Part shown: positions 61,303 through 64,000 of the stretch, piece after piece
Layout of the letters: every line of letters starts with the position of its first letter
How positions within the stretch are numbered: position 1 is the stretch's first letter
DNA from: an uncultured Acidobacteriota bacterium
Lineage (GTDB): Bacteria; Acidobacteriota; Thermoanaerobaculia; UBA5066; DATFVB01
DNA length: 64,000 bases
Assembly: GCA_963813155.1 (NCBI GenBank)
Contig: CAWEYG010000006.1
Span: 96,001 to 160,000, forward strand
Direction of reading: 5' to 3'
Program-made: the position numbers and the translations under genes
Notes under the pieces: model-generated
What the model was told of the DNA's origin: nothing
Seen by the model: the letters and a program-made list of their open reading frames with translations, nothing else
Database searches by the model: none

Positions 61303-61485
61303 TCAGCGTGCTCGCTTCGACACTCGTGTCACGAGTTCCGCAAGCACCGCGAAAACGCGTGCGCCGAACAGAGAGATCGTCGCGAGCTCGGCCGATGTGA
61401 CGGCAGGTCGGATCAGCGATCGCATGGTGGGCGCAGCCGCCATCAACGCCATGACCACCAGCAGATAGGTCAACGTCTTTTTCAC
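61303..61485 (-). CDS. Small hydrophobic or signal-peptide-bearing hypothetical protein (possibly a fragment)
   Basis: GAGGAG SD then GTG-KKTLTYLLVVMALMAAAP. Confidence 0.4.
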   Translation of the reverse strand: MKKTLTYLLVVMALMAAAPTMRSLIRPAVTSAELATISLFGARVFAVLAELVTRVSKRAR

Positions 61486-61621
61486 TAAAATCTCCTCAGT
61501 CAAATTGTTCAAACGTTTCCGGGAACATTTCCATGAACTCCGCGAATCCGGTGCGATGCCTCACCTCCCGGCTTTCGTCCGTTGCCGCGCATTCTACCCT
61601 TTTTTCTGCGGTTTCTTACCC

Positions 61622-61962
61622 CTACTCCGGGATCTCGAAGGCCTTCGCGATCGTCTTGTCCCGGCTCGGAAGGGCCGAAAGGGCCTTCGCTTTCCGGGCC
61701 CGCACGAACGCCCGGGACTTTTCCCGGAGCCAGAGTCGGGCTCCGGTCTTCGTTCGGAACCCCGCCTTCCCGATCTTTCGCCCGCCGATCGTTGATTTCA
61801 CGGACCAGAGCCGATCCTTGCCCTTCGTGAACATCGCCTGCTCCACGACCGCCTTTCCCTGGGCTTCGGCGGCCGCCTGTTCGGCCCGATAACGCGCCCA
61901 CCGGGCGAGCGCTTTGCCCGGACGGGGTCGGGGCGGCTCCTCCGTTTTTGGTCGTTTTTCAC
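61622..61962 (-). CDS. Basic hypothetical protein, probably frameshifted near 61915
   Basis: Open frame ALARWARYRAEQ...MFTKGKDRLWSVKSTIGGRKIGKAGFRTK...; start inferred. Confidence 0.4.
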
Positions 61963-61987
61963 CGGGATGGCGCCGCTATCGACTCCC

Positions 61988-63241
61988 CTAGAAGTGCGTC
62001 CGCGTGCCGAGCTGCAGGCTCGTGTCGTTCGTCTTGTTGTCGACCGAGACCCCGCCGACGATCGCGCGTCCCGCCGTGACCTTTACCTGGATCGTGTCGT
62101 TGTTGCCGATCGTACGCCCGGGAGCAGGGACGTCGTCGAGTCCAGGTCGAATTCGTCCGCCCCGTAGGTCTTTGTCGAATCCGACGAACGTCCCGTTGGA
62201 GTCGATCACCTTGAACTCCAGGGTCGCTCCTTCGCTGAGCGCGCGGACGGCGATGTTCATTCGGGATTTCGTGAAATCCGACGGCGCCACGAGAAAAGCC
62301 GTTCTCGGCGCTTCGATGATGAATTCGTCCCCGGGTCGAACCATCGGCTCCGAAAATCCCGCCGTGCCGGCCGCGCCGCCGTCGTTGAAGATGCGCGTCA
62401 CGACGAGCGGCGCGTAGCTCGAGCTCGCGAGCACGTCGATGCTTCCGAGGCCGACGTCTCCAACGCGGCAACGATGTCCGGAAAATTGATGGACTCGCCG
62501 GCCGCAATCGAATAGCTCGTCACCGCATCGTCCGCGGGGGCGCCGTGGACGGCGAGGCGGAAGACCAGCTGGCCGTCGATCGTCTGATTTCCCGGGTTGA
62601 CGAGCTGCATCGAGGTCTTGAAGTTCGAGCCGGCGGCGCCCTGCACCGAGCCGACGCCGAGCACGATTCCCGCCCGGTTCAGACTTCCCGTGCCTCGCAC
62701 GAGGACGCCGATCGTCTGCGAAAGGAGGTGGGAGTCCTGCTGGTCGCAAAGCGAAATCGAGAGCTGTTCCGCTGTCCCCGTCGAACTGGAGCGTCTGGTT
62801 CCCGGCTCCCGTGATCATCTGGACGGCGCCGCAATCCTCGGCGCCGAGCTCGGTGATTCCGACGAGGTCCCCCGCGTTCAGCGACACGGGCGGGCGAGAG
62901 GGTGACGTCGACGAGGCCGCCCGGCGCGCTGAAGGGCCGCGCTCGTCGACGAAATTGAGATTCGTCGTGCCGTCTTTCCGGTAGAACTTCAGCATGAACG
63001 AGCCGGAGCAGGAGCTCGAGGCTCCTCCCCAGTAGATCGTCGCGCTGGAGTACGTTCCCGTCGCGGTCGCCGAGCGCACGAGGTCGATGAACGTGGAGCT
63101 GGTCGCGCGAAAACTCGGTCGCCGAGCCGAGCCCTCCGACCGTGGCGACGGTCGCGCTCGCGCCTGTCGCGGCGAGGGTAGAGGAAGCGCGGGAAGGGCG
63201 ACCGCCAGGACGATGGCCGTGACTCGAAATTGTCGGATCAT
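61988..63241 (-). CDS. Secreted protein with C-terminal tandem beta-sandwich region (same family as 31275 and 32341); several frameshifts
   Basis: AGGAGG SD, signal peptide MIRQFRVTAIVLAVALP; GSVQGAAGSNFKTSMQLVNPG, RIFNDGG..GTAG, SRMNIAVR, VDNKTND. Confidence 0.7.
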   Translation of the reverse strand: MIRQFRVTAIVLAVALPALPLPSPRQARARPSPRSEGSARRPSFRATSSTFIDLVRSATATGTYSSATIYWGGASSSCSGSFMLKFYRKDGTTNLNFVDERGPSARRAASSTSPSRPPVSLNAGDLVGITELGAEDCGAVQMITGAGNQTLQFDGDSGTALDFALRPAGLPPPFADDRRPRARHGKSEPGGNRARRRLGAGRRRLELQDLDAARQPGKSDDRRPAGLPPRRPRRPRGRCGDELFDCGRRVHQFSGHRCRVGDVGLGSIDVLASSSYAPLVVTRIFNDGGAAGTAGFSEPMVRPGDEFIIEAPRTAFLVAPSDFTKSRMNIAVRALSEGATLEFKVIDSNGTFVGFDKDLRGGRIRPGLDDVPAPGRTIGNNDTIQVKVTAGRAIVGGVSVDNKTNDTSLQLGTRTHF

Positions 63242-63418
63242 GAATCTCCTCCTGTTTTCGTTTGCCGGCACATTATGCGCCCGCTTTGTCGGTTTTCGAA
63301 GACATAACCTTTTGCAGTTTTCGAACGGCCTTCGTGCCGATCCGGGACACGGCGGCGTTCGCCGCCTGCCCGTGACGATCCGAGACTGAACCACGGCTCC
63401 GACCGGGGAGCGGTCCCG

Positions 63419-63628
63419 TCAGTGTCGGTGTCCGGAGGGCCCGCTCGCGGGGCGCTTTCCGGAGTCGACGTTGATCGGGATCTGATACGCCGGGGAGGCG
63501 GCATCGGAGAAGACTCTGTGGCATCTCCAGCACGCCAGTTCCTTTTCCCAGACGTATCCGCTCGGCACGGAAACCATGTTCATCTTGTCGCAGCCGCTGC
63601 ATTTCCAGCGGACGAAAACCGGTCGCAT
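63419..63628 (-). CDS. Small zinc-ribbon protein (69 aa)
   Basis: WKCSGC-x19-CWRC two CxxC knuckles. Confidence 0.55.
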   Translation of the reverse strand: MRPVFVRWKCSGCDKMNMVSVPSGYVWEKELACWRCHRVFSDAASPAYQIPINVDSGKRPASGPSGHRH

Positions 63629-63645
63629 ACGAAATTCTCTTGAAG

Positions 63646-63661
63646 TGCAAGAAGTGTTCCG
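63646..63661 (-). promoter_or_regulatory. Sigma54 (-24/-12) promoter-like site CGGAAC-N5-TTGCA
   Basis: Minus strand GG-AACACTTCTT-GC with 10 bp spacing, just upstream of the zinc-ribbon ORF. Confidence 0.5.
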
Positions 63662-63750
63662 GGAGGGGAGGCGAAACGCTAGAATCGGACTGGCGGAAAA
63701 GATGAAGAAATTCTTCGAAGTTGGCATCTTCCGGAACGAGGGGACTTAAG

Positions 63751-64000
63751 TTGTCGGCAGCCCCTCCGGCAGCGGCGGAAACTCCTCCGAAAAAACCGAA
63801 AATCGAACGGCTCAGAGGCGTGTGGCCGGACCTCTGGGCGCTGATCCGCCCTCGGCGGCGGCTTCTCGCGCTCGGGCTGCTCCTGATGGCGGTCAACCGC
63901 GTGTCCGGGCTCGTGCTGCCCGCGTCCACGAAGTTTCTCGTGGACGACGTCGTCCTGAAGCACCAGACCCGGCTGCTGCTGCCGCTTCTCGCCGCGGTGT
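63751..64000 (+). CDS. ABC transporter permease/ATP-binding protein, 5' partial
   Basis: WALIRPRRRLLALGLLLMAVNRVSGLVLPASTKFLVDDVV, typical N-terminus of ABC exporter TM domains. Confidence 0.75.
   Translation, partial: MSAAPPAAAETPPKKPKIERLRGVWPDLWALIRPRRRLLALGLLLMAVNRVSGLVLPASTKFLVDDVVLKHQTRLLLPLLAAV

Noticed and set aside
653-63241. About 25 frameshifts as mass pseudogenisation or programmed recoding
   Set aside because: They hit essential genes (nuoF/H/L, lipA, lnt, rnr), come without in-frame stops or decay, and lack slippery-site signatures. This fits long-read indel errors; only prfB is programmed.
117-63963. Numerous long Arg/Pro/Gly-rich alternative-frame and antisense ORFs in the ORF track
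   Set aside because: These are expected shadow ORFs of high-GC coding DNA; they overlap well-supported genes and lack family motifs.

Overview
High-GC bacterial chromosomal window. Gene content and a characteristic secreted-protein family suggest Acidobacteriota, probably Thermoanaerobaculia (inference). Single-base indels break many essential genes (nuoF/H/L, lipA, lnt, rnr, rex) and are most likely long-read assembly errors. Only prfB shows the signature of a programmed frameshift. Housekeeping content: fused E1 alpha/beta 2-oxoacid dehydrogenase, aspartate aminotransferase, nfeD-SPFH, lipA-lnt-prfB, dnaB-alr-mlaEFD-radA, nuoAEFGHJKLMN-rex, rnr-der-MerR, tRNA-Leu(CAG) and tRNA-Pro(GGG). Most notable: (1) a cerR-spt-bCerS ceramide operon next to an Aur1/IPC-synthase-like PAP2 gene; (2) four modular, long imperfect intergenic hairpins that share an outer shell and carry one of two inner modules, one of them with covariation; (3) a lower-GC array of secreted-protein genes beside a FitA/VapC toxin-antitoxin pair, in which the antitoxin 5' end and promoter region are duplicated in front of the second gene block; (4) a shared Pro-rich C-terminal motif ending in GR on two secreted beta-propellers, a candidate sorting signal; (5) a complex I operon lacking nuoB/C/D/I, with a sigma70 promoter, a Rex box and rex as last gene; (6) many genes with leaderless-type promoter architecture; (7) an archaeal-type GAPDH homolog, a trans-envelope-type MlaD, and a lipid cluster without a ketosynthase that has an atypical acyltransferase.
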